Source: the human T2T-CHM13v2.0 reference genome, Homo sapiens. Taken from it: a stretch of DNA of 64,000 nucleotides. The position numbers and the translations under genes are program-made. Where the stretch lies: assembly GCF_009914755.1 (NCBI RefSeq), contig NC_060934.1; one strand, 5' to 3'. Shown here one piece after another: positions 14,493 to 39,329 of this stretch (the stretch's first letter is position 1; each line of letters opens with the position of its first letter). The notes beneath the pieces were generated by a model. That model ran no database searches. It had not been told where the DNA came from and saw nothing but the letters and a program-made list of their open reading frames with translations.

Positions 14493-15294
14493 TCCTTCCT
14501 GTGGCATTTAGACTAACACCAACCTGTCTAGAGCTGACAGTCATATTTTTATATTGTGACATGGGCCACATATTCAGGACCATCGAGATAGATAAGAATT
14601 TTGAAGGCCCCTGTGATTCTACTGCGTGAGGAAGGCTTTGTTTGGCTCCAGGCTCTGTTCTCAGGACAATGGGCTGTGAGTGATATATGCAAATGTGTCC
14701 TTTTCCCATTACTGGAAGTGACCTTTATTATTAGATTGGAATAGCAACATCAATTCTTGGGTTAATATGACTTATTGGCCTAAAGGGAGGGAACATGTTC
14801 TCCTAGCAAGATTTAAAAACTGAGAATTAGGTACAATTCTTGCCTTCACCATAGCTAGAGAATCCTTGTGTGATGTTGGAGAAACACGTTACCTTTGTGT
14901 ATCTCATTTGCTCTGTTTGGAGATTAGGGAAAACCACATCTCCCAGGAGCATTATGAGCCTTTATTAAGGGTTTCCCAAAAAACCTGGAAGAGATTGATT
15001 CCCACCCAAAACAATATTTGGATTACTTTAAGCCCCAGTGCCATGGAGGAGGCCAGATTCAGAGAAAAGCGTGTCAGTAAAAATCATTAATGAAGTCAAC
15101 AGTTACTGCTTATTGGCAAGATGGTCCTGTTGCAACTAAATACAGAAAGCGCAAGAAGGTAATTTCCCTGAGGGGATGGTGTTGCCTTGCCAAGCAAACT
15201 ATCCCTAGCCATCCTGTAAGCCTGCATCATGAGGCCTTGAACAATGAGTCTAAGTATAATTTAAGTGCTCTTTTCAGACTCCAATCTTGGTTAT

Positions 15295-15627
15295 TTAATT
15301 ATTTTGAGATGGAGCCTCACTCTGTTGCCCAGGCTGGAGTGCAGTGGTGAGATCTTGGCTCACTGCAACCTCTGACTCCTGGGTTCAAGTGATTCTCCTG
15401 CCTCGGCCTCCCAAGTAGTTGGGATTACAGGAGCCCACCACCATGCCTGCTAAGTTTTTGTTTTTTTTTTTTTTGTTTTTTGTTTTGTTTTTTTTTTGGA
15501 TTTTTAGTAGAGGCGAGGTTTCACCATGTTGGCCAAGCTGGGTCTTGAACTCCTGACCTTAGATGATCCGCCCGCCTTGGCCTCCCAAAGTGCTGGGATT
15601 ACAGGTATGAGCCACCGTGCTCAGCCT
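15295..15627 (-). mobile_element. AluS with an expanded A-rich linker
   Basis: Dimeric Alu with a long T/GT tract at 15455-15498. Confidence 0.9.
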
Positions 15628-17508
15628 CATCTTAGTTATTTATTTGCCCCATGATAACACCTTACATTTTAAAAATGCCTTAAAATAACCTGATCAGTTT
15701 TTCCAAGTCAAAATATATTAAGAAGCAGGGAGAAAAAGACTAACCTTAAAGATGAAAAGGCAAGCTAGCATGTCCTGACTAGTAACGTGGAGTCACTGGC
15801 AAAGTAAACACAGATGAATGGGGTACATTTTTTAGGAGTCTGGGATTTCAAAAGAAGCAAATTAAAAGTAGTGATATCATTGAAAGGAAGAAAGCACTGG
15901 TCACTGTTAGAGGAGGGTTGGGATACTTTAAGTTAAAAAACAAAACAAAACAAACAACAAAAGTAAAGACAAGGTTTGCAACTGTGTGAACATTTATGCA
16001 GTTTGCCCTCATGTTCTACAGATAAATTGCTGTTTTAAAGCTCACCTGAAGTGTATCCATCCAAAGAAGTTAAGATATCTCTTTGCTAAAATATCCTTCT
16101 ATGTAAAAGAGGCATTTTTGGCTGGGTTTCCCATCCTTTGGGTTAAAATGATTAAGTATGTAATTGCTTAGGAAGTAATCCTATTATTTCAGATTTCATG
16201 CACAATAAATCTTTTTTCCTAATTTGAGGAATTATGAAGGGAAAATGAGATTCTCTGGTACATTTATTTTTGAAAGAACACTTGATAGATGTTGGAACTT
16301 CTAAGCAGCTCTGGTCTGGAAGAGGGTCTTAGCACCCGATTGAGAATTCTGTCTTGAAGGGTGAATATATGAAACCCACGTGACAGTCAAATGAGGTGAT
16401 GTCTGCCTTTGGTTTAGAGCATAAAATCACCATAAAAACCTGACTTTTTAGAAGCAGGGCATAAAGGAATACTTTGTTTCATTAAAACCTCTAATATTTC
16501 TCATGGGAAGTTGGGCATTTGAGCAAATGTCTCGTCTTAAGCATTTAATAGTAAATTTGCACACCTAAGCATTTAACAGTAAATTTGCACACCTATGAGA
16601 AGTTTGGGGAAACAGGGCCTGTCTTTATTTCACAGTTTTGGTCACAAATGACCAGACAAGAAGGTGATTCTAAACAGAGGAGAAGAAAAGGATGGATGGG
16701 TCAGGGGAGGTGTTGGATGAATAGAGGAATTGCAAGTATCTCGGAGCTCCCAGTACCTAGGGCAGGCACTAATAAAGATTTGTTGCATAGATGGATGACT
16801 GGAGAGACAGAGTGAAAGGTTTTGTGGCCACAAAGAAAGGTCAGTCACTGCATTTTCTTGTAGATTCTCTTCCCTCTCCCCATGATTGGGAAGTGGGGAC
16901 TTCTGATTAAGTTGATTAATATGCCCTAAACGAACTACTTAATGTCAAAAAAAAAGTGTTCAAAGGCCTCAATAACATTCACACCACACAGACCAAGCCA
17001 ACCATGATTTATGTGGCTCTTTGGTGAGTCATAAAGCCCTGAGGACACTGCAGTACCCGGGTGTCATTTATCACCAGGCAGCTTAGCAAAAACATTCTGC
17101 GAACTCTTGTTTTCAGATAAATTTGATTCCGGAGGACTAGTAATTTCTTTTATTTAAATTTAAATTTTTATTTTTAGATGATGAAACATGCTGTTACCTA
17201 ATCTATACTTGAAATTTTGACAAGAGTATTTTGCATGTTGTTGGGGTGGACACCAGCGTCCACCTTTGTGGATAGGTTTGGCCTTTGCTAAGTGGGATTC
17301 TTCTTGGGGGTCTGCCGGGGCTCTGTGGGAAAGGGACCCTCTGTAAGTGAGAAGATTTAAGCCACAAGCAATTAAACGGAGCTTTTGGAATTTGTGTTGA
17401 GTTTTTTCTTTGTGACTTTGGCTCTGTTTATAGTTTAATGGGATAAACATCCTTTTTTCTTATGCTTTTTAAACTTCTTCATTGCTCCTCAAAAATATTT
17501 TTAGGAAG

Positions 17509-17655
17509 TTTTTTTTTTTTTGGTTGGTTGGTTTTGTAGAGATGGGGTCTCGCTATGTTGCCCAGGCTGGACTCAAAACTCCTGAGCTCAAGGGATCCTC
17601 CTGCCTCAGCCTCCCAAGTAGCTGGGACTACAGGTGTGCTACATCATGACCAGGA
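17509..17655 (-). mobile_element. Alu monomer (FLAM-like)
   Basis: Single arm with T-tract. Confidence 0.75.
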
Positions 17656-20397
17656 AATTTGTATTATTTAACTTTTATAATTTAGTGAAACATCTAAGGA
17701 TAATTTATTCACAACATCCAAGAAGCTGGATGTTCACACAAGAATTCTTCCTACCCCCTCATGTCTCTCTCTCCCCAAGACAGAGCAGACCCATCAACAT
17801 GGTTTCCTTGAATTTCTATTTGAACACAGTTTATTTTTCCTGAGTTGTATAATAGATCTAAAGAACACTCCAACAGAGGATCTGCACACATTTTACCTTT
17901 AGAGAAAAACCAGAGTGGAAGCCAACAGCCAGAAAAGGTTTTAGGAAGATATTGAGCAAGTGGCTAGATGTTAGATTACGAGGCAACATGAGAATGAAGA
18001 AAACCATATCTTGGCTGTTGTTTAGACAGCTTCAGATAAAACTCTAATCCTGACAGAAAACCCATCAGCAATGTGTACATCAGGTCCTGGGAAGCTGTTT
18101 TTCTGTCACTGGAGGTGAGAGTCTCTAACATGATCCGCCCAGGAGAAACTCCTTTTGGAAAGCTGGCGGCAGGCTGAACAGTCAGCTAGAATGCCTTACC
18201 TGCCGTTTTCTCTTCCTTTTTGTCAGAGCCCAGGGTTCCTCAGGAATTCCATTGGTTCCATAAAGTTATAATCTTCTTATCAGTGTGTTGCTTTCTGTTA
18301 CTGCCGAAAAGACATTACTCCCTCTAGGGTATGATCGGATCCTACTTGGTGATGGACATTGGAACTTAACTTTGTCTTACATACAAATCAAATCGTAACA
18401 TCCAAACATTGACCTTGGGCTGACATTAGAGTAGAAATGGCTGACCTTGCTCTGAAACATCATATGAAGATAGAAGAAAGGAAGTTTAAAAGAATGATTG
18501 AGAGGGAAGGACAATGTTCTGATAATATGGTTCATAAATAGGAAGGAACGAAAATGAGACATAAAGACAGAGCATTGACGTATCTATAACTCTATAGCAT
18601 CTGTGATACCCTACCTGTCTATAATGCAGATGGTTGTATGAACATGGCTTCCATTATTCCGTCTAATAGGAAAACCTTATGAATACCCACAGTCCTGAAT
18701 GGATGTGCTACATCCTAAAACTAGTGCATAACATAAGTTACCTCAGGTAATCACTAAAACAACCGTGTAATGTGGAAACTGAATCTCTGAAGCCTTCCCA
18801 GGGTCATGCTGCAAGGGCTGGGATTCAACTTCAGATTTAAAGGATTTTAAAGTCTCTGCTTTCCTTACTATGGGATATGCAAGGACAGACATGAGGCTTT
18901 GCACTTGGAATCTGGAGTATGTTGGGAAGACACATATCTATCTATAGGCAGCAAGCAGAGGCCAGAGGCCCAGACCCTTAGTGAGAGGGTGCCCCCAGTC
19001 CTCCAGTGCTGGCATGATGTTGCAGTTGTCTTCCAAGCTAGCCTGTAAACTGCCATAGTTCATTGACTTGTTACATTGTCAGCGGCTCTCACAAGGCTTA
19101 ACCCATAGTAGGAACCCAATAAAAGTTTGCTCAATGAGATTATGACATAAATTCTGTATAATCAAGTCTTGGAAGTCTGCCCCGTCTGTTCATCTAGAGA
19201 TCTTGTTTCTTGGCAGCACTGACTCTGTGGCAGCCCTGGTTTATGGGCGTCTGGGACACCTACTCTGACAGCTCAACCCAGCCTGCCCACACAGCCCGCT
19301 CGCTTCCTCTGCTGACTGTTAGAGCTGCTCCCAGCACTAACACCGGGGCTGCTGTTGACATCTGATTCACACGTCTCGATTGTTTTTGCCCCTGTGAGAA
19401 TTATGGTTGGGGAATAACAAATAAATGAAAATAAGTGAGAAAATAAAAATGAGGAAGAAGAGTCAAGGGGAGGAGATTCAACATCCTCTTTTGTACAAGT
19501 AAAGTGGTAAGTTCTGAGTGGACATTTGCTCAAAGAGTAATGAGGAGGTGAGTCGACATCTGGTACCATCACTGATGCTCATGATTCAATTCAGCCATGG
19601 GAATGTCCAGCCAATCAACCAATCATCACCCGGTCGTTGCCAGATTTATGGGATCTGCTTCAGGGTGCTGAGAAGGTGGAAGTGAGAATGTAACTCATTA
19701 TTCTCTCTGCTTAACACACAGGCAGAGATTTCCAGGAGCAAAACCACCAGGAAGAAGGAGAGTTAACTGTGGGCTTGGGCTGCTTTGTGGGCATCTTCCT
19801 GCCCTCTCTTCTTTTTGAGAGCCCTTTGAAGGATCAACAGTTGGCCATTTCCCCCATCCCAGAGCAGGCTCCGAGAAATCACACCTTGGAGGGAATGCAG
19901 GCTCTAGAGATGGGCAGTCCAGGAAACTTCCAGGCTCCCCTGACCATCGAGCCTCACTGTCTTCTTTATATTGATGGAAAGAAATTCCCAGAACAAGGGA
20001 GATAGTGAGTGCTCCAAGTGATGACAAATAACATTTTAAAAGTCAAAGGTATTTACCTCAATTTCAATCTCATCACTTTTTAAAAGAGTTATGATTTAAT
20101 TTGTATTCTGAACTAGGTAAATAACATGCAAAAGGTACAAAAGGATACATAATGGAGAGGAAGTCTCCTTCCCACCTGTTTCCTTCCCTTCCCGGGGGCA
20201 ATCACTGAAACTGGTTTCCTGTGTTTTCTCCCCGAGATACTCTATGTATCTACAGTCTGTATGTCTCTGTATACATGTGAAACACACATTGACTTGTCCT
20301 CTGTACACTTTGGCATCATGGTATTTTTTTTTCTCATTTTTTGGTTAATTTTGGACAGATCATTCTAACATTTAACACTAAAATGTACATCCTCACA

Positions 20398-20706
20398 TTT
20401 TTTTTTTCTTTTTTTAATTGTCCAACACAGAGTCTCGCTCTGTGGCCCAGGCTTGAGTACAGTGGCACAATCTTGGCTCATGCAACCTCTGCCTCCTGGG
20501 TTCAAGAGATTCTCCTGCCTTAGCCTCCTGAGTAGCTGGGTCTACAGGTGTGTGCCACAACACCTGGCTAATTTTTGGTATTTTTAGTAGAAATGGGGTT
20601 TCACCATGTTGGCTAGGTTGGTCATGAACTCCTGACCTCAAGCAATCTGCCCACCTCGGCCTTCCAAAGTGCTGGGATTAGAGGCATGAGCCAGTGCATC
20701 CGGCCC
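20398..20706 (-). mobile_element. AluS
   Basis: Dimeric Alu. Confidence 0.9.
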
Positions 20707-21011
20707 ATCCCCATTCTTTTTAAGGGCTGTGTGGTTGCCTCTTTCTTGGATAACATCTCATTTATTTAACAGTCTTCTTCTACCAGACATGGAATTTGCT
20801 TTCCACAGTTGCTATTACAAACAGTGCTTCAGTGAATGTGCAGACATTATTTCACATGTATTTGAGTGTGTATGTCAGATACATTCCTATCAAAGGCATT
20901 GCTATGTCAAGGGAGTAAATTGAGTACCGTCATTTGCAGACATGATCCAGTGTGTGCTGCCTCATCATGTTCAGCCTTCTAATACTCTTGGCCTTCAACA
21001 ATTTTTTAATT

Positions 21012-21129
21012 ATACAGGATCTTGCTTAGTTGTCCAGGCTGGAGTGCAGTGGCACAGGGCTCACTGCAGCCTCAACCCTATGGGCTCCAGTGAGTATCCT
21101 GCCTCAGCCTCCTGGCTAATTTAAAAAAA
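21012..21129 (-). mobile_element. AluJ right arm, split from its left arm by the L1
   Basis: Continues at 27540. Confidence 0.8.
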
Positions 21130-27539
<6,410 letters not shown>

Positions 27540-27685
27540 TTTTTTTTCAATTTTTAATTTTTTTTTATAGAGACAGGGTCTTGCTATGTTGCCCTGGCTG
27601 GTCTCAAACTCCTGGGCTCAAGCAATTCTCCCACCTTGGCCTCCCAAAGTGCTGAGATTACGTGCGTGAGCCACTGCGCCCAGCC
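27540..27685 (-). mobile_element. AluJ left arm and linker, split by the L1
   Basis: Begins directly after the L1 5' end. Confidence 0.85.
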
Positions 27686-28049
27686 TTCAAATTTACATGT
27701 CAGCCACAGGAAACCATGTGAAAGTGCTGTGCTTTCTCAAAACTCTCTGTCTACTGTTGTGACTTCCCAAAAAGTCCCTTCTTATGAGCCACTCCACACC
27801 CTTTTCTGGAATAGGATCCTTTAGATCTCAGGCAAAATAGCACCACTTCCTCTAGGCAGCTTTCTGTCTCCTCAAGAAATGGTGTAAATGCCTTGCCTAG
27901 ATGCACCCATAGCACCTACACTTCCACCTGATAGCAGGAGATTTACAGAAAACAAAAAATAAGTATGCAAACCAACACACACGAAAAACATTACAGACCA
28001 TGAGATGAATCTGAATGGAAATAAAGAGAGTATTATGATAAAGAATAAT

Positions 28050-28970
28050 GAAACAACCTCCGTTTCACAGGATGTTCAGTATGAGAAGGAATGAGTGACA
28101 TAAAGACTTCCAGGAAGGAGATTCCAATATCTGAGAACAGCAAAGAGAAACATCCTAGTTTGGAAAGAACTAGGTTTGTTTGAGAAATAGCAATAAATCA
28201 GGTATAGTTGGAGCACCGAGGGCACTGCTGGGTGATGGGGAGATAAAATCTAAAAAACAGGCAGGGACAAGATGATTTAAGCAAGGCCAGGCAAGTCATG
28301 TGGGGAGTGTGGATTTTATCCTAGTACTATGGGAAGCCATGGAAGGGTCTTTAAAGATGTGAGTGGCATGTTTGATTTACCTTGTCGGAAGAGCAGAATA
28401 TACCTTTAAGCAAGAGGACACTCAGGGGGAGATGACAGTGGCCTGGGCCAGCCTGGTAGCAGTGGAAATAGAAGTTGATAGAATGAGATATTTCGAAAGA
28501 CGAGCCAGCAGGACTTGATGGTAGATTCAATGTGGTAGTGAGGGAAAGAAATGGGTAACAAATGTTCCCAGGTTTCTGCCTTGAGTAACTGAATGTACTT
28601 CCAGTTGCTTAAACAAGGTGGTGGGCACAGAGGGAAGTGATGGATTTGAGGGCTCTTTAGGAGGAGAATTAGGAGGGTGTGAGAATCTTGGACGTTGGGG
28701 AAGCATGATGTAATTGAGGTTGGAGAGGAATGGCTCCCAAGATTTTGATTTATATACCTAAATGAATGGGATAAAATAGGAAAAACTGGAGGAATCCAAG
28801 ATTTGGGAGACATAATAGCATGAATTTAGCTTGGGATTGCAGAGTTTTGGGAATAAGAGCCTTTGAAACATCCAAGTGAAGAGGTTGAATAGCCAGTTGG
28901 CTGAAGATAGGGGCCTTTGAGGAGAGAGATGGGCAGGAGATCTACGAATAGGAGTTGATGCTTAGTTGAA
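28050..28970. mobile_element. LINE-2 remnant
   Basis: ggattttatcct..atgggaagccatggaaggg...ccaggtttctg.cttgag.aactg...acatccaagtgaaga. Confidence 0.6.
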
Positions 28971-28980
28971 AACTGGAGAG

Positions 28981-29786
<806 letters not shown>

Positions 29787-30304
29787 TTAAGAGACTCAAA
29801 AAAAAGAGTAGAGGGGTGCAGAGAACAGAAAAATGCCACCTCCAGAAAGAGAAAGTCCAATGCAAAATACTGAATCCAAGTCAAGGCTTACTAATTCATA
29901 GCACTGGCTAGAGGAAAGTGGCTTGAAAGTGTGCAGGAAGGAAATATTGCTTCTGGGGAAGTCTCAGCAATATAGTGTAGGGAAAGTACTTCTTAGAGAT
30001 GTGGCAGTAAAGGGAAAAAAATATGAGGGGGAAATTAAGGATCCTGCAGAAAAAAATGACAATGCCTCTTTTCACTTAATATTCAAGGGAATATTAAACT
30101 CAGGAACACAATAAAACTGTAAAATCATATTAGAAACAAAGATTCAATTGCAAGGTGCCCAAGGAAGAATAAATTCAAATTAAATTTCAATAAAAGATAT
30201 TAAAAACCAGGGAAAAACCCAAGAGACAGAAAATGAGGTAAAGAAAGATATCCCTCCCCCTGCCCCCCCGCCTCCTGGCATGTACCCATTAAAAAGACCA
30301 ATCA

Positions 30305-30570
30305 GGCTGGGTGAGGTGGCTCATGCCTTCAATCCCAGCACTTTGGGAGTCTGAGGTGGGAAGATCCCTTGAGGCCAGGGGTTTGAGAACATTCTGGGCA
30401 ACATAGCAAGACCCCATCTCTACAAAAAAACTTAAAAAAAAATTAACCAAGCGCAGTGGTGTATGTCTCTAGTCCTAACTACTTGTGAGGCTGAGGTGGG
30501 AGGATCCCTTCAGGAGTTTGAGGCTGCAGTGAGCTATGATGGGATCACTGCACTCCAGACAGGCTCAAAA
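30305..30570 (+). mobile_element. AluJ with a GA-rich degenerate tail
   Basis: Dimeric Alu. Confidence 0.85.
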
Positions 30571-30639
30571 TAGAAAGGAGACGATAGAGAGAGAGGAGAG
30601 AAGAAAAGGAGAAGAGAAGAAAAGAAGGAAGAAAGGCCA

Positions 30640-31085
30640 ATTTGTTCGTAATAGCATTATTTACAATAGCTAAAAATAGATGAATGTCTAAACAAAATGT
30701 GGTGTCTACATATAATGAAATATTATTCAGCCTTAAAAAGAAATGAAATTCTAACACATGCTGTAACATGGATGAAGCCTGTGAACATTATGTTAAGTGA
30801 AATCAGCCAGTCACAAAAAGACAAATACTGTGTGATCCCACTTATATGAAATACTTAAGAGTAGCTAATTTTGTAGAGACAGAAAATAAAATGGTGGTTG
30901 CCAGGTTCTGGGGGGAAGGGGAAAAATGGGAGTTGTTTAATGAGTACTGAGTTTCATGTTTGCAAGAAGAAAAGGGTTCTGGAGATTGGTTGTGCAACAG
31001 TGTGAATGTTTGTAACATGACTGAGCTGTATAATTAAAGAGGGTTGAGGTGGTAAATTTTCTGTTATGTGTATTTTACCACCAGA
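30640..31085 (+). mobile_element. L1MB-like 3' end
   Basis: gaaatattattcagccttaaaaag...aatcagccagtcacaaaaagacaaatactg...gttatgtgtattttacca. Confidence 0.75.
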
Positions 31086-31199
31086 AAGAAAGGACCAACT
31101 GGGTGCCCTCAAAATTAACCTGGGATGGTCAACTTTGAGGATCCTTGTATAATTGTTATCTACAACTGTGTAGATAATGATTGTGTTATCTATAATTAT

Positions 31200-31700
31200 G
31201 TAGATACAACTGTGTAACAAATTACCTCCAAATTTAGCAGCTTAAAATAGCAAACACCTGTCAACTCAATTTCTATGGGTCAGGAATCCAGGAGCATCTT
31301 AGCTAGGTGCCTCTGCCTAAAAGTCTCTTGTGAAGAAGCTGCAGCTAACTTACCAGTCACGGCTGTGGCCTCACTTGAAGGTTCAATTGAGGGAGGACTT
31401 TATATTGTTGCTTCAAAACTCCACTTGTTAATGTTATCAATTCCTTGTCTAGTAGGCTTCAATGTGTGTTAGCTCATAGCATAACAAATGGATATCATCA
31501 AAGTGTTCAAGCAAGAGAGCAAGCGAGGGTGAAGACTGTGGAAGCCAGAGTGTTTTCGTAACCTAATCTTGGAAGTGACATCTCATTTTTGTCATATTCT
31601 ATTTTTTTAGAAGTGAGTCACTGCTCCAGCCCACACTTGAGGAAAGGTAATTAAACAAAGGCATGAATATCAGGAGGATGGGCTCACTGGAGCCTGCATA
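31200..31700 (-). mobile_element. MaLR LTR (MLT1F/G-like)
   Basis: tgtgtaacaaattacctccaaatttagcagcttaaaa...gggtcaggaatccaggagc. Confidence 0.6.
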
Positions 31701-33398
31701 CTAGACCTAATAACATGATTAGACTTTAAAGATAAAGAAGAAATCTTCAGGGCCTGCAAGCAAAAAGACAAGATGATTTTTAATGGTAACAGTGGAATAG
31801 CATTCTCAAGAAACTTAAGGAAAGAAAATATAAACTAGAAAAATCATTCAGCCAGGCATCCTTCAAGTATCAAGGCTATAGAAAAACAGTTCTGAATGTG
31901 CGAGAACTTGGGTAATACAGGAGACAGGTGCTCTTCCTAAGAAACCTAGTAAAGTGGTGGTCCTCAAACTGGCCTGATGCCTATTTATCTAAATAAAATT
32001 TTACTGGCACATAGCCACACCAATTCATTGATGTAATGTCTACGTCTGTTTTTGCACTACAGTAGCAGAACTGAGTAATTTCAAAAGATTTCCGCAAAGC
32101 CTAAAATATTTACTATCAGTTCAGCTGTTGAAAAAGTTTGCCCACCCCTGTACTAGTGGATGAGCTGCATCCAAATAAAAGATGATCAAGAAAACTTTGG
32201 CAAAAGGACTTATGGTGAGCATTCCCTATATTTAATTGTAGTGCCAAAGCTAAAATAAGGATGGGATTATGGATATAAAAATCCATACTTGTTAATGAAA
32301 TCAGTTCCTTGTTTAGTAGGCTTATTTTGATGTTCTGGAAAAGTAGAATAAGACCCAATGGGAAGAGGAGGGAGACAGAGGAGAAAGTAGCATATGATTA
32401 TAGATTGCTATAGACATAATGGATGTCAAAGAATACCTATTAGAAGATAGTAACAGACTAAGTGATAAAAAGAGAGAATTAGGACATTACAAAAATACTG
32501 ACATTAAGGTAACCAAAAGAATAAAAATGCAAACCTTCCTAAATACTCCAAGAAAATGTAGGCAAAGAGAACACATCTAATATAGAAAGAAACACAATAA
32601 ATATAACACATCACACATAGAAAGTGTAACAAAGCATATAAGAGAATTAAGACCACACTTATCAGGCACAAAAATAAATGAATGGGCTTAATTTGTCTAT
32701 TCAAGTGTGCATACAAAGTAAAACACAACTCTATGGTGTATAGAAGAGACTCATCTAAGATGTAGTTATTCAAAAATCAGAAAATAAAGGTGGAAGATTT
32801 ACCAGGCAAAGGGAAAAAATAAGAAAGAAGATTGAGATTCTGATAGCGGATAAAGTAGAATTTCAAGTGAAAAAGCATTACATGAGACAAAGGAATTTTA
32901 TAACACTAAAAGTCACATTTCAAGATGGTGATGTAGCAATTATGAATTTGTATGCAACAAATCACACACCAATTACCTATATAAAACAAACTACAGGAGA
33001 TTAAGGAGAAATAGAAACAACAAGAGAACAAGAAACCATTCTCAGTACAAAATAGATCCTGTTGGGACAGTTCAGATGGGCAAAATTAAGTAAAGATACA
33101 AAAGATCTACAGCATAATGCATAAGATACATCTTTTGTGTATGTATTAAACATCACTCTGTGGTGATAGAGAATATACCTTCTTTTTAAAGTACTCATGA
33201 ACATTCCTGAAAAGTGCTCATATGTGAGGACACAAAGAGAATATTGATAAGTTCCAAAAAGTTAAAATATTACTCATTTTCTAAAGACAACACAGTAAAG
33301 CTAGATATTAAAAACCAAAAAGGCACTTCTACCTGGAAATTTAAAATTAAAAAAAAAAAACCCTCCTATTCGACAGCTCTTGGGTTAAAAGGGAAATG
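31700..33398 (+). mobile_element. Highly degraded L1M ORF1/ORF2 remnants
   Basis: A-rich, with a degenerate endonuclease-region pattern (gagactcatctaa...aaaataaagg..ggaagatttaccaggcaaa...gataaagtaga). Confidence 0.55.
31955..32149. mobile_element. MER58-like hAT element
   Basis: aaataaaattttactggcacatagccac...aaaaagtttgcccacccctg. Confidence 0.7.
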
Positions 33399-33745
33399 CA
33401 GGCATATCTCATTTGTTTGTGCTTCACTTGATTGAGCTTCGCAGATATTGCATTTTTTACAAATTGAAAGTTTGTGTAAGCCTGAGTTGAGCAAGTCTAT
33501 CAGCACCATTTTCCCAATAGCATGTGCTTACCTCATGTCTCTGTGTCATATTTTGGGAATTCTTGCAATATTTCAAACTTTTAAATTATTAATAGATTTG
33601 TTATGGTGATCTGTGATCAGTGATCTTTGATATTACTATTGTAATTGTTTGGGGGCATCACAAACTGTCCCCATGCAAAATGGCAAACTTAATAAACTGT
33701 TGTGTATGTTCTAACTGTTCCAACTAGCCATCCCTCCCTTCCTCC
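33399..33745 (+). mobile_element. Tigger1 5' fragment
   Basis: caggcatatctc...gcagatattgcattttttacaaattgaa...gtgatctgtgatcagtgatctttga matches the recalled Tigger1 left end. Confidence 0.85.
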
Positions 33746-33759
33746 CTCCCTCCCTCTCT

Positions 33760-39250
<5,491 letters not shown>

Positions 39251-39329
39251 CATGCAAACTAGAAAAAACATACTAACTAGATAGTCCAGCAGCTAATTTA
39301 ATCAAGGACATATGATGGAAGCAGAGCCA

